A stretch of DNA of 64,000 nucleotides from positions 8,432,001 through 8,496,000 of the forward strand of contig CM069162.1 in NCBI GenBank assembly GCA_035221665.1. Direction: 5' to 3'. Origin of the DNA: Okamejei kenojei (lineage: Eukaryota). Of this stretch, positions 12,380-22,741 are shown in pieces. Numbering within the stretch: the first letter of the stretch is position 1; every line of letters starts with the position of its first letter. The notes under the pieces are model-generated. The model did no database searches. It had not been told where the DNA came from and saw only the letters and a program-made list of their open reading frames with translations. The translations under genes and the position numbers were made by a program.

Positions 12380-12460
12380 GTGTGTATGTATGTGTCTGTA
12401 TGTATGTGTGTTTGTATGTATGTGTGTGTTTGTATGTAAGACGTATGATGCGTGTATGTA
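12380..12460. repeat. Degenerate (TG)n/(TGTA)n microsatellite
   Basis: Directly visible. Confidence 0.85.
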
Positions 12461-13224
12461 TGGTTTATTTACTGTTCCCTTTTTCACTGTAAGGTTGACG
12501 TGTGTCCGGGGTCTACACCCCCCCCCCCCCCCCAACTCTCCCACATTACTGTGGACACTGTTTCGAGCGAGGCCGACCCAGGTGCAGGGTACAGAGACCC
12601 CCACCCCCTGGACTCGGCCTGTGGTCCCAGGGCCGGCGCTGGAGCCAGGTGGGAGCCGGGCCGGCGAGTGGTGCCCCAGAAAGGCGGTGGGCAGACCAGT
12701 GGGGGAAGGAGGAGTGGATGGTGTGGAGGAGAGAACGAGGGGGTGCGAGCTGCAGGAGAATGTGAGACCACAGGAAACGGCAGAGTGAAGAATGGTCCCG
12801 ACCCGAAACATTGCCCAACCAGTCCCTCCACAGATGCTGCCTGGCGCCCAGATCACCTTGTGTATTGAGAGAATATGTTGGCAGGAGGGTTACAGGAGCC
12901 GGGAAACTGCGAGGGTACCAAATGAGGACGGGTTGGAGAGTGGGGAAGGGTTGGGTCTGGTAGGGGCGTGTGAAGGCTGAACAGGTGGAAGAAAGCAAGT
13001 GAGGCAAGTCTTGCCGATTCTGAGCAGATCTGGGTCCGTATAGCGGAGCGAAACCTTCCTTCACCTTGGCTGTTAAACACTACAACCTCCAAATAGGATC
13101 TGAACTACATGGACCCGGAGGCATTGGCTTTCTCGTTTTGCACTATTATTTTTTGTTTTGTATGCGTGTTATATACGTATGCATTTTGTTATATATGTAT
13201 GCGTGCGTGCGTGTGTAAGCATTT

Positions 13225-13400
13225 ATGCGAAGGAACTGCATGTGCTGGTTTACACCGAAGATAAACACAAAATACCGGAGTAACTCAGCGGGTCAGGCAG
13301 CATCGCTGGAGAACAGGAATAGGGAAGGGTCTCGATTTGAAACATCACCTATTCCTTTTCTCCAGAGATGCTGCCTGGCCCGCTGATTGACTCTAGCTGA
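13225..13400. mobile_element. Penelope-derived hairpin element
   Basis: Inverted arms of the same family. Confidence 0.7.
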
Positions 13401-13719
13401 GTGTGTGCGTTTGTGATACTGTTCGCAATGTACTGTGTTTACATAGCCTGTTCTGCTGCTGCAAGTAGTAAGAACGTCATTGATCTGTTTGGGCCATATG
13501 ACATGAACCCCCCTGGACTATTGACCACCTTTGCCACTGGGCCAGACCATGGAGTTGTTGGTGTGCAATGGGCGCCACGGGTGGAATTAAAAAAAGCCAC
13601 TGAGCAAGAACTATTGCATCCACCTCCAGTCACTCCATCACCAAAGACATTGGTTTCGCGCTTCCATTGGAAGGTCCGGCCATCTCGATGATGCCCCCAT
13701 GCCGTATAACCATATAACA

Positions 13720-14190
13720 ACGACAGCACGGAAACAGGCCCTCTCGGCCCTTCTAGTCCGTGCCGAACACTTACTCTCCCCTAGTCCCATCTACCTGCAC
13801 TCAGACCACAACCCTCCATTCCTCTCCCGTCCATATACCTATCTAATTCATTTTTAAATGATAAAGTCGAACCTGCCTGCACCGCTTCCACTGGAAGCTC
13901 ATTCCACCCAGCTACCACTCTCTGAGTAAAGAAGTTCCCCCTCATGTTACCCCTAAACTTCTGTCCCTTAATTCTCAAATCATGTCCTCTTGTTTGAATC
14001 TTCCCTACTCTCAATGGAAAAAGCTTATCCACGTCAACTCTGTCTATCCCTCTCATCATTTTAAAGACCTCAATCAAGTCCCCCCTTAACCTTCTGCGCT
14101 CCAAAGAATAAAGATCTAACTTGTTCAACCTTTCTCTGTAACCCAGTTGCTGAAACCCAGGCAACATTCTAGTAAATCTCCTCTGTACTC
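13720..14190 (-). mobile_element. CR1-type LINE 3' fragment (ORF2 C-terminus and 3' UTR)
   Basis: ORF 13781-14167: YRERLNKLDLYSLERRRLRGDLIEVFK...TRGH...FFTQRVV..WNELP, typical of the CR1 ORF2 end. Confidence 0.92.
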
Positions 14191-15264
14191 GCCGTGCATG
14201 GGGAGAAGGGGTGGCCAGAAGTCATCGGATCTGCGCATTCGGATGGATGCATGGGACCCTGGGTGGAAAGTTCGCAGAGGTTTGCAGTCAACTTTGAATT
14301 CCTTTAAAGAGCAAGCGACGTCAGCTGGGAGTGTTGTTTTGAGGGACTGCAGTTTGCGTGTGACTTCACAGCCATGACTGCAGAAGAACTCCCGCAGAGG
14401 CGAGCTGGTGAGCCGCTGGTTCAGGCGTTAAGCCTCTAACTGTGGTGGATGTGGAGGCGGCATCACGACAAGGACTGGCGGGCGTTAACGCTGCCCCCGC
14501 CGGATATTAGGACGAGAACTGTAGCCCGTCCATCGCTCGGTGGCCGTTTGTAAATTCAGCAAAGTTCATTGCTACTTATTGAGTAAATAGTCGCATGTCT
14601 CCAGAAGGCGCGACTGCACCTGCAGATAATTACAGCGCGATAGAATCTAATTAATAGGCTTTCTCTCTCCGCCCTCACTAATCTTGGCTTCAGTGCTTGA
14701 TATCAACTTCCTGGAATCCCCGATGATTAACATATATGGAATAATATCACTTTTAAATTCCCAAGCTGTCAACTCCAGAACCAAATTACAAAGTATACAT
14801 AATACTCACATACCTTTATGCGCACAGACGCACACATGTACACAAACATATCATTTGAGCTGCAGCTAAAGCAACAAATAAACTGGGTCGGGGTGTTAAA
14901 ATAGTCTGCATCTCAATCAGTTTCAAGTGCAGTTACCAGCAAACTACTTCAGCGCTGAATAATGAAACCGCAAGGTGCTAATACGTACTGCACTCTTGAC
15001 ATCATTCTGAGTAACAAACTTGAATGTTTACAGCTGAGAGAGAGACTTGGAATGAATGTGATCCAAAATGTGCAATGTCAATGTGTAGACATCTACTGCT
15101 AAACATAAACGTCACATTCCTTTTCTCCGGAGACGCTGCCTGACCCCCTGAGTTACTCCAGCATTTTCGCGTCCATCTTCGGTGTAAACCAGCATCTGTA
15201 GTTCCTTCCTACACCTAATGTGTAGAGGAAGTCGAGCAGACTCTTCTATTTAGATATGGAATTT

Positions 15265-15440
15265 CGGGCAGTCACGGTGGCGCCGCCGGAGACCCGGGTT
15301 CAATCCCGACTACGGGCGCTGTCTGTATGGAGTTTGCACGTTCTCCCCGTGATCCGCGTGGGGGTTTTCTCCGAGATCTCCGGTTTCCTCCCACACTCCA
15401 AAGACGTACAGGTTTGTAGGTTAGTTGGCTCGGTACAAAG
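15265..15440 (+). mobile_element. V-SINE/HE1-like SINE (partial)
   Basis: ACGGTGGCGC...GGGTTCAATCCCGACT B-box-like head and central domain. Confidence 0.7.
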
Positions 15441-15769
15441 TGTAAAACATTTCCAAGTTGGCGATATGCAGAGTACTGCCCTGCCGACTACAACACTCAG
15501 AAGGAGAAGACAGAAAGTGCTGGAGTAACTCCGCGGGCCAGGCAGCATCTGTGGAGAACTTGGATAGGTGACGTTTCAGGTTGGAACCATGCAGGTGAGT
15601 GGATGTTTGATAGGCTTTGGCCTGCCCCTCCTCTCTTCCAGCTTTCTCCACCCCCACCCCCCCACCCTCCCCACAATCAGTCTGACCAAGGGTCCAAACA
15701 TGAAACGTTACCTATCTTTCGGCACACAACAAAGCATCTTTAACCCCCCCCCCCCCCCCCCATTCCCAC

Positions 15770-16100
15770 ACTGACCTTTCTGTCCTGGGCCGCCTCTATT
15801 GTCAGAGTGAAGCCCAACGCAAATTGGAAGAACACCACCTCATATTTCGCTTGGGTAGCTTGAACCCCAGCGGTGTGAACATTACCTCAAACTTCAAGTA
15901 ACTCTTGCTTTCCCACTCTCTCCATCCTTCCCAGTTCTACCACCAGTCTTACTGTCTCGGACTACAATTATGAAGAAGGGTTTTGGCCCGAAACGTTGCC
16001 TATTTCCTTCGCTCCATAGATGCTGCTGCACCCGCTGAGTTTCTCCAGCACGTTTGTCTACCTTTGATTTTCCAGCATCTGCAGTTCCTTCTTAAACATT
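15770..16100 (+). mobile_element. Penelope-like element 3' fragment (end of GIY-YIG ORF plus terminal repeat)
   Basis: Encodes ..RKLEEHHLIFRLGSL.PSGVNI, homologous to 19870-20000, followed by TGAAGAAGGGTTTTGGCCCGAAACGTTG and the repeat arm. Confidence 0.75.
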
Positions 16101-16212
16101 TTATCTCTGTTTGCTTTGTTGTCACCTTCTCCCAACTAACCATGATCTATTCTACATTTTCTTTGAACTTCGTCCCCTTTGTCCTGTTTTCACACCTTAC
16201 ACTTCCTTATCT

Positions 16213-16520
16213 ATGTGTAGGAAAGAACTGTAGATGCTGGTTTAAATCGAATGTAGGCATAACATGCTGGCGTAACTCAGGGGCACAGGCAGCATCTTTG
16301 GCGAGAAGGAATGGGCGACATTTCGGGTCGAGACCCTTCTTCAGACTTCTTCCCTTCCTCCTTATCTATGTACCTCCCTCTTCACATCAACCTGAAGAAG
16401 GGTCTCGACCCGAAACGTCACCCATTCCTTCTCTCCAGAGATGCTGCCTGTCCCGCTGAGTTACTCCAGCATTTTGTGTCTATCTTCGATTAAAACCAAC
16501 ATCTGCAGTTCCTTCCTACA
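16213..16520. mobile_element. Penelope-derived hairpin element retaining a hammerhead-like core on each strand
   Basis: Minus-strand core at 16317-16344 and plus-strand core at 16392-16419 between inverted arms. Confidence 0.8.
16392..16419 (+). ncRNA. Minimal type-I hammerhead ribozyme-like motif
   Basis: CTGAAGA A GGGT-CTCG-ACCC GAAAC GTC: CUGANGA box, helix II, GAAA box, palindromic ACGU helix III, GUC triplet; helix I weak. Confidence 0.6.
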
Positions 16521-16769
16521 CATAAAGCATTTTGTAAGCTGCAAGGTACAAACCAGGAGACTGATAATAACATTGACAGACACAAAATGCTGGAGTAACT
16601 CAACAGGTCAGGCTGGAGAACATGGATGGGTGACGTTTTGGTTCGGGACCTATCTTCAGTCTGAATGAGGAAATAATTTCACCTAGAGGAAAGGAAGCAA
16701 CCACCTTCAAGGGACTAACCATGGAAGAACAGGGAACTCACAATCTAGAACAAGATAACTGTCTACAAA

Positions 16770-17690
16770 GAATGTAGATCTTGAGCACGTTACTGTACAG
16801 CGGTGAAGCTTGGACAACTTGCCGACATCAGGAAGGGAAATCGGATAATTTTCATTACCGCTGTCTGTCACATCCTGGGAGTTTCTTGGCAGGGCAACCT
16901 CACCAATGAATCTGCCCTCTCCATGACCAATGTGCCTGGTTTCTCTGCGATCCCCAAGCAGAAGCACCTTCACTGCCTTGGACATGTACACAGGATGGAA
17001 AATGGACGCATCCCCAAAGGTAGACAGACAGACACAAAATGCTGGAGTAACTCAGCGAGACAGGCAGCATCTCAGGAGACAAGGCATGGGTGATGTTTCA
17101 GGTCAAGACCCTTCTTCAGACTGGGTCTCGACCTGAAACGCCTCCCATACCTTCTATTCGGAGATGCTGCCTGTCCCGCTGAGTTACTCCAGCATGTTGT
17201 GTCTATCTTCAGTGTAAACCAGCTTCTGCAGTTCCTGCCTATGCATCCCCAAATATGTGCTACATGTGGAGAGGGCACCAATGCACAGAGGCCAAGTTGA
17301 AGACCAAACATTGCTGCATGGATACCATTAAAAGAGGTATGACAAATGTTAACACTGGCATTGACTACTGGGACACAGCTGCTGAGAACTGGGGGAGGGA
17401 GAGAAGGGACCTCCAGGTGAGAGTGAAGCACCAGGACTGAATGTGGTTCAAGACCCTGGAGGGCATGCGCCAACACCACAAAATGGTCAACGGCAAGAGC
17501 AACACACTCCCCAATCCAACGGCCAGAGACAACTTCACCTGTGGGAGCTGTGGGAAGATCTGCCTGTCGAGGATAGACCTGGTCACCCACAGCGGGAAAT
17601 GTAACCACACATGAAACGTTCCCCTCGCCAAGCCGGGCAATGTCAAAGTCACATCACCATCTCCCACAGATGGACGGATGCCAACCGACC
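16770..17690 (+). mobile_element. Degenerate RTE-clade LINE 3' fragment, interrupted by a hairpin element at 17027-17241
   Basis: ILGVSWQ..LTNE.....LGHVHRMENGRIPK, then a C-terminal FTCGSCGKICLSRIDLVTH..C zinc-finger-like motif. Confidence 0.75.
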
Positions 17691-18071
17691 AGCACCCTGG
17701 AACTCCAGAGTCTCCTTCAGTTTCAGTTTCAATAGTTTATTGTCAGGTGTTCTGAGATACACCAGACAACCAGACAATTGAAGAAGGGTCTCGACCCAAA
17801 ACGTCACCCATTCCTTATCCCCAGAGGTGCTGCCTGTCCCGCTGAGTTACTCCGGCATTTTGTATCTATATAGCAAAAAGACAATACATGATTACAATCG
17901 AGCCATTTACAGTGAGAACCGTGGAGCGATTGTTAGATGTAGATCTGCTTCTGTGGTTAGCATGCAAATGGTTGCCAGGGTTGGGCACCTTCTTGGAAGT
18001 GCAGTGAGAGTTAAGGATGGGCAACAAATAGTGGCCTTGCCAAAGATTCCAACAGAGAAGAAAAATTAATA

Positions 18072-18499
18072 CAGTAACCCTTGTTTTAATGGACCTCCTT
18101 ATAATGGCTCACGCCGCTTACAAGCCAGACCTTCTGCCAGCACCGCCAACCCTCACCTGGTCTTCGGTCATTGACTCCGCCGATCGTCGCCCCACGCCTT
18201 GCCGTCAGCAGGCCAGGGCTGTCAACTCGCCTGGATTCCAACCCCAGTTCCAGACTGAGAGTCTGAAGAAGGGTCTCGACCCGAAACATCACCTCTCCAT
18301 GTTCTCCACAGATGCTACCTGACCCGCTGAGTTACTCCAGCACTTTGCGTCTTTTTGAGTATTAACCAGCAACTGTAGTTGTTTCTACTACTTATACAAT
18401 ATACAACCTATACTTATACTTCCTCGGTTATAGCTGACAAATGGTTATAACAGACACCATCCCCACCCCCACATAGTCTGTTAGAACAAGGGTTTGCTG
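18072..18499. mobile_element. Tc1/mariner (pogo/Tigger-like) MITE with a nested Penelope-derived insert
   Basis: TA-CAGTAACCCTTGTTTTAA at left; TTAGAACAAGGGTTTGCTG at right (imperfect inverted repeat). Confidence 0.55.
18263..18290 (+). ncRNA. Hammerhead-like motif (AUC triplet variant)
   Basis: CTGAAGA AGGGTCTCGACCC GAAAC ATC. Confidence 0.45.
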
Positions 18500-18894
18500 T
18501 CCACTTAACAAAAACTGTGCCAGCTAATACTTAACACAATTCTGTTGGATTTAGTCCCAAATTGGTTGCGATCAGCACTATGAACAAGCTGAGGTTAAGA
18601 CAAGATCAAACTATCTGCAAATGAAAACTAATGAGGTGTAATTCTAACCCTGTAGAATAGGAATCCTGTTTTTAATTGCATTGAAATAAAGAAAAAGCAG
18701 TCACATCAATTCCGTACAAAATAATTATCATTTGCAAAATTTAAATATCTGATCTGGAAAGAAGTTAACTATAATAAAATAAATATCAAAAATAGCTTAA
18801 TGTGAGTGATGCATGAAGGATACAAAGCTGGTTGGTTTGGTTGACAATGCAAATGGTGCCATTCTCTCTTTCTTTCTAATAGTGCAAAGAGTTA

Positions 18895-19390
18895 TGTTTT
18901 AGCTTTTGGTCCCAGCAGCGGGTACAACGCTGAAGGCTGCAGACTCATGAGTTCCACACAGGCTGCTTAAAGTGGAAGAGGAAGTTGAGAAGGTGGTTAT
19001 GGAAAAGGAAAAAGCAGACAGGATCATTGGGTTTCCTCTCGGTCGGAGCTCCTGCGATGCTCTTGAGATGTGCTGCAGAGCCGGAGAACCCGGCAGGCAG
19101 GCAGCCGCGAGTGAGCGGGGGCCACCGGGAGGACCCGGCGGCGGGGCCCACCGAGAACGAAGCGGGACCCGGCTGCTTGCGGCCGCGTGCTGTGGCAGGC
19201 CTGAATCGCCGCTGCAAGAAGATAAGACTGTTCCGTGAACTTTTGCAGCTTTGGCGGCACCAGACACGTGGCAACTCATTTGTGCACTGCCTAGGTGAGG
19301 TCAGCTGTGTGATTTTACTGGATTGTATGCAAAAACATAACGAATTTCACTGCGTCAAGATATATGAGACAATAAAATATGATTGAATGA
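18895..19390 (+). mobile_element. GC-rich non-autonomous retroelement with LINE-like 3' tail
   Basis: CpG-rich body ending in AATTTCACTG...GACAATAAA plus a short tandem tail; same architecture at 51575 and 59120. Confidence 0.5.
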
Positions 19391-19727
19391 TTGGATGCTG
19401 GGAATACAGTTTCAGTTCAGCTTATTGTCACGGGTACGGAGAAAAGCTTTTGTTGCTTGGTAACCAGTCAGCAGAAAGACAATACATGATTACAATCAAT
19501 CCATTGACAGTGTATAGATACATGATAAGGGAATAATGTTCAGTGCAAAGTTAAGCCAGCGAAGAGGAATTGTTGCTGACAGAATACAGATTGATGAGTG
19601 TGGAGCAATTGTAACGTGAGCTTGTAGATCTGCTTCTGAGGGTAGCATGCAAATAGTTGCCTGGGTTGGGCACCATCTTGGAAACAACGGCAAGGAAGTT
19701 GAACTGAGCGTTTATAATTCACCGACA

Positions 19728-20580
19728 GACAAAAGTGCTGGAGAAACTCAGCGGGTGCAGCAGCATCTATGGAGCGAAGGAAATGGGCAACGTTTCGAGC
19801 CGAAACCCTTCTTCAGACTGATGTGGGGTGGGGGGCGGGAAGAAGAAAGGAAGAGGGAGGGCTGAGAAGGGGAGGAGACAGTAAGGACTACCTGAAATTA
19901 GAGAAGTCAATGTTTATGCCGCTAGGGTGCAGACTGCCTAGTGCTGGAGGTGCTGCTCCTCCAATTTACGGTGGTCCTCACTCTGGCCATGGAGGAGGCC
20001 GAGGACAGAAAAGTCGGATTCGGAATGGGAGGGGGAGATGAAGTGCTGAGCCACCAGGAGATCAGGTTGGTTATTGCGAACTAAGTGGAGGTGTTCGGCG
20101 AAGCGATCGCCAAGCCTACACTTGGTCTCACCGATGTAGATTAGCTGACATCTAGAGCAGCTGATGCAGTAGATGAGGTTGGAGGAGGTGCAGGTGAACC
20201 TCTGCCACAACTGGAAAGACTGCTTGGGTCCTTGAATGGAGTCAAGGGGGGAGGTAAAGCGACAAGTGTAGCATTTCTTGCAGTTGCAAGGGAAAGTGCC
20301 CAGAGAGGGGATGGTTCTGGTGGGAAGGGATGAATTGACCAGGGAGTTACGGAGGGAGCGGTCTCTGCGGAAAGCAGACAGGGGAGGAGATGAAGATGTG
20401 GCAAGTGGTGGGATCATTTTGGAGGTGGCGAGAATGACTGAGGATTATTTGTTGTACGTGACGGCCGGTAGGGTGGAAGGTGAGAACAAGGGGGACTCTG
20501 CCCTTGTTATGAGTGGGGGTATGGGGAGTGAGAGTAGAGTCATGGGGTATAGAAGAGACCCTGGTGAGAGCCTCACCTGT
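19728..20580 (-). mobile_element. Penelope-like retroelement fragment: GIY-YIG endonuclease end, 3' region and terminal repeat
   Basis: PLVLTFHP motif, Cys-rich FPCNCKKCYTC, then FTCTSSNLIYCISCSRCQLIYIGETK.RL.DRFAEH (GIY-YIG; the Cys-rich segment suggests the Neptune group); frameshifted. Confidence 0.92.
19789..19816 (-). ncRNA. Hammerhead-like motif in the Penelope terminal repeat
   Basis: Reverse complement CTGAAGA A GGGT-TTCG-GCTC GAAAC GTT, same strand as and directly 3' of the GIY-YIG ORF. Confidence 0.6.
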
Positions 20581-20829
20581 TAGCCTCAGCTGAAGGACTA
20601 TATCCAATTCTGGACATTGTGGTTTAGAACTAGTCAACCATACAATAGGATTGACGCTGAATTGTGGAATAGGCTGGATGGGCTGAATGGCCTACACTAT
20701 TTTCACTTTATGTTCTGGAGCTGATGTCCCCTTGGTTGCCAACTATCCCATGACGGGACGCAGTTTCTCTTTATTATATCTATCATTCCCCCTCATAATT
20801 TAAACATTTTGACAACATATTTTTAGTTT

Positions 20830-21120
20830 GTTTACTTTGGAGAAATAGAGCCTTCAGCCCGCCGGGTCTGCACCGACCAGCGATCTCCGCACACTAACTC
20901 TATCCCCCACACACTAGGGAAAATTTACAATTATACATAAGGCAATTAGCCCACAAATCTGTACACCTTTGGAATATGGGATGAAACTAGAGCTCCTGGA
21001 GAAAACCCACACGGTCTGAGGAAGAACGTACGAACTCCGTACAGACAGCACATATAGTCAGGGTCGAACCTGGGTCTCTGGTGCTGTAAAGAAGCAACTC
21101 TACCACTGCATCACCCTGCT
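20830..21120 (-). mobile_element. V-SINE/HE1-like SINE
   Basis: Family similarity to the copy at 37913. Confidence 0.75.
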
Positions 21121-21819
21121 TGAATTTTGAATCTGAAAAAGAGTCCAACCTGAATTTTGAATCTGGAGAGAAGGCAGGTACGGGATAAGATGTCCATGAT
21201 CAGGCTGGCGAATGGCCTACTCCTGCACCTAATTTCTATGTTTCTATGTTTCTATGTTTCTAACGCCTAACCTCTATCTCCGGAGATGCTGCCTAACCTG
21301 CTGAGTCACTCCAGCACTTTGTGTCGGTCTGCAGTTCCTTGCTTCTGCAATGAAAGGAACGAGTTGGATAATTCTTTCATAGAGTTGGCAAAACAACAAG
21401 GGAGTGAAGAGCCTCTCTCTATGTTGTATCATTCTGTACATCTATGCTCATTGGTGACACAAAGATTCATGACACTCTGCCTCAAATAAGTTGTCCAGTA
21501 ACATCACAGCCAACAATGACCTGTTTCCTTGATCATCGTTACTGTTTTGTATATCTTTCATTCATTTGTTCAATATCTCTCTATATCACCGTCTACATCT
21601 CTCCTTTCCCCTGACTCTCAGTCTGAAGAAGGGTCTCAAATTTCACTGTACCTTAATTGGTACGTGCGACAAAAAACTGACCTTGAAACCTTGAGACCTT
21701 GATCCAGAACGCCACCTATTCCTTTTCTCCAGTGATGCTGCCTGACTCGCCGAGTTACTCCAGCTTTTTGTGTCTATGTCCAGGAACTTTATCTTGGATT
21801 CAAATTCAATATTTGATGA

Positions 21820-22050
21820 ATTTCTTTAGTCATTGGGTGGTGAACCTGCGGATTTTTTTTGCCACAGAAGGCCGTGGAGGCCAAGCCAATGGATATTTTT
21901 AAGGCGGAGATAGATAGATTCTTGATTAGTACGGATGTCAGAGGTTCTGGGGAGAAGGCAGGAGAATGGGATTAGGAGGGAGCGATAGATCAGCCTTGAT
22001 TGAATGGCGGAGTAGACTTGATGGACCAAATGGCCTAATGCTGCTCCTAT
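21820..22050 (+). mobile_element. CR1 3' end
   Basis: GGGAGAAGGCAGGAGAATGGG...GAATGGCGGAGTAGACTTGATGG 3' UTR. Confidence 0.8.
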
Positions 22051-22569
22051 CACATATGACTTTAATATTCATTGGTTAAAAAATTGTTTAATATGGCGTG
22101 CAAAAGAAAAATTATATTGGTGTGAAACATCAGGATATTCAATATGTTTCACTATAATCAGAACAAATTGAGTCATATTAATGCTACACTTTTGGAAATC
22201 GATAGCTCGTATGAATATTAAAGTCAGTAAGCAGTAAAAAAAATGCCCCCATTGCGTCTCTGTCCACTTTGCTGTTTGGAGGTGAGCAAGGAAAACAACA
22301 GGTTCCAAATTATATAATTATTGGTGTATGAATTATATATTCCACTGATGATACTGTGCTGAACTAAAGAATGAAAGTGGTAACTTTGAACTGTTGTTTT
22401 GGGAAAATGAGGGCAATGTTGCACAACTGTGACAGGGACAATGAACAGGAAATACCACGTGTGGGTGTGAAAGACGATACAGAATCAGACTTATTTTTCC
22501 ATTCACTTGCATGATGTGGGCAAATCAGCCAAACCAACATTTACTGTACACTATATATATATGTAGATA

Positions 22570-22740
22570 GAGGACTCCTATATATCGGCGAGACCAAGCG
22601 CAGACACCTCTGCCCAGTCCCCCTAAACCTACATGATTTTCCCGTTGCTAAACACTTCGACACCCTCCCATTCCCACACTGAACTTTCTGTCCTGGACCT
22701 CTTCCACTGTCAGAGTGAGGCCACATACAAATTGGAGGGA
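22570..22740 (+). mobile_element. Penelope-like GIY-YIG fragment
   Basis: TATATCGGCGAGACCAAGCGCAGA encodes YIGETKRR; homologous to 19950-20140. Confidence 0.7.
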
Positions 22741-22741
22741 C

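Noticed and set aside
12230-12868. GC-rich ORFs of 115-208 aa
   Set aside because: Low-complexity or repeat-derived sequence with microsatellite and poly-C; no domain similarity.
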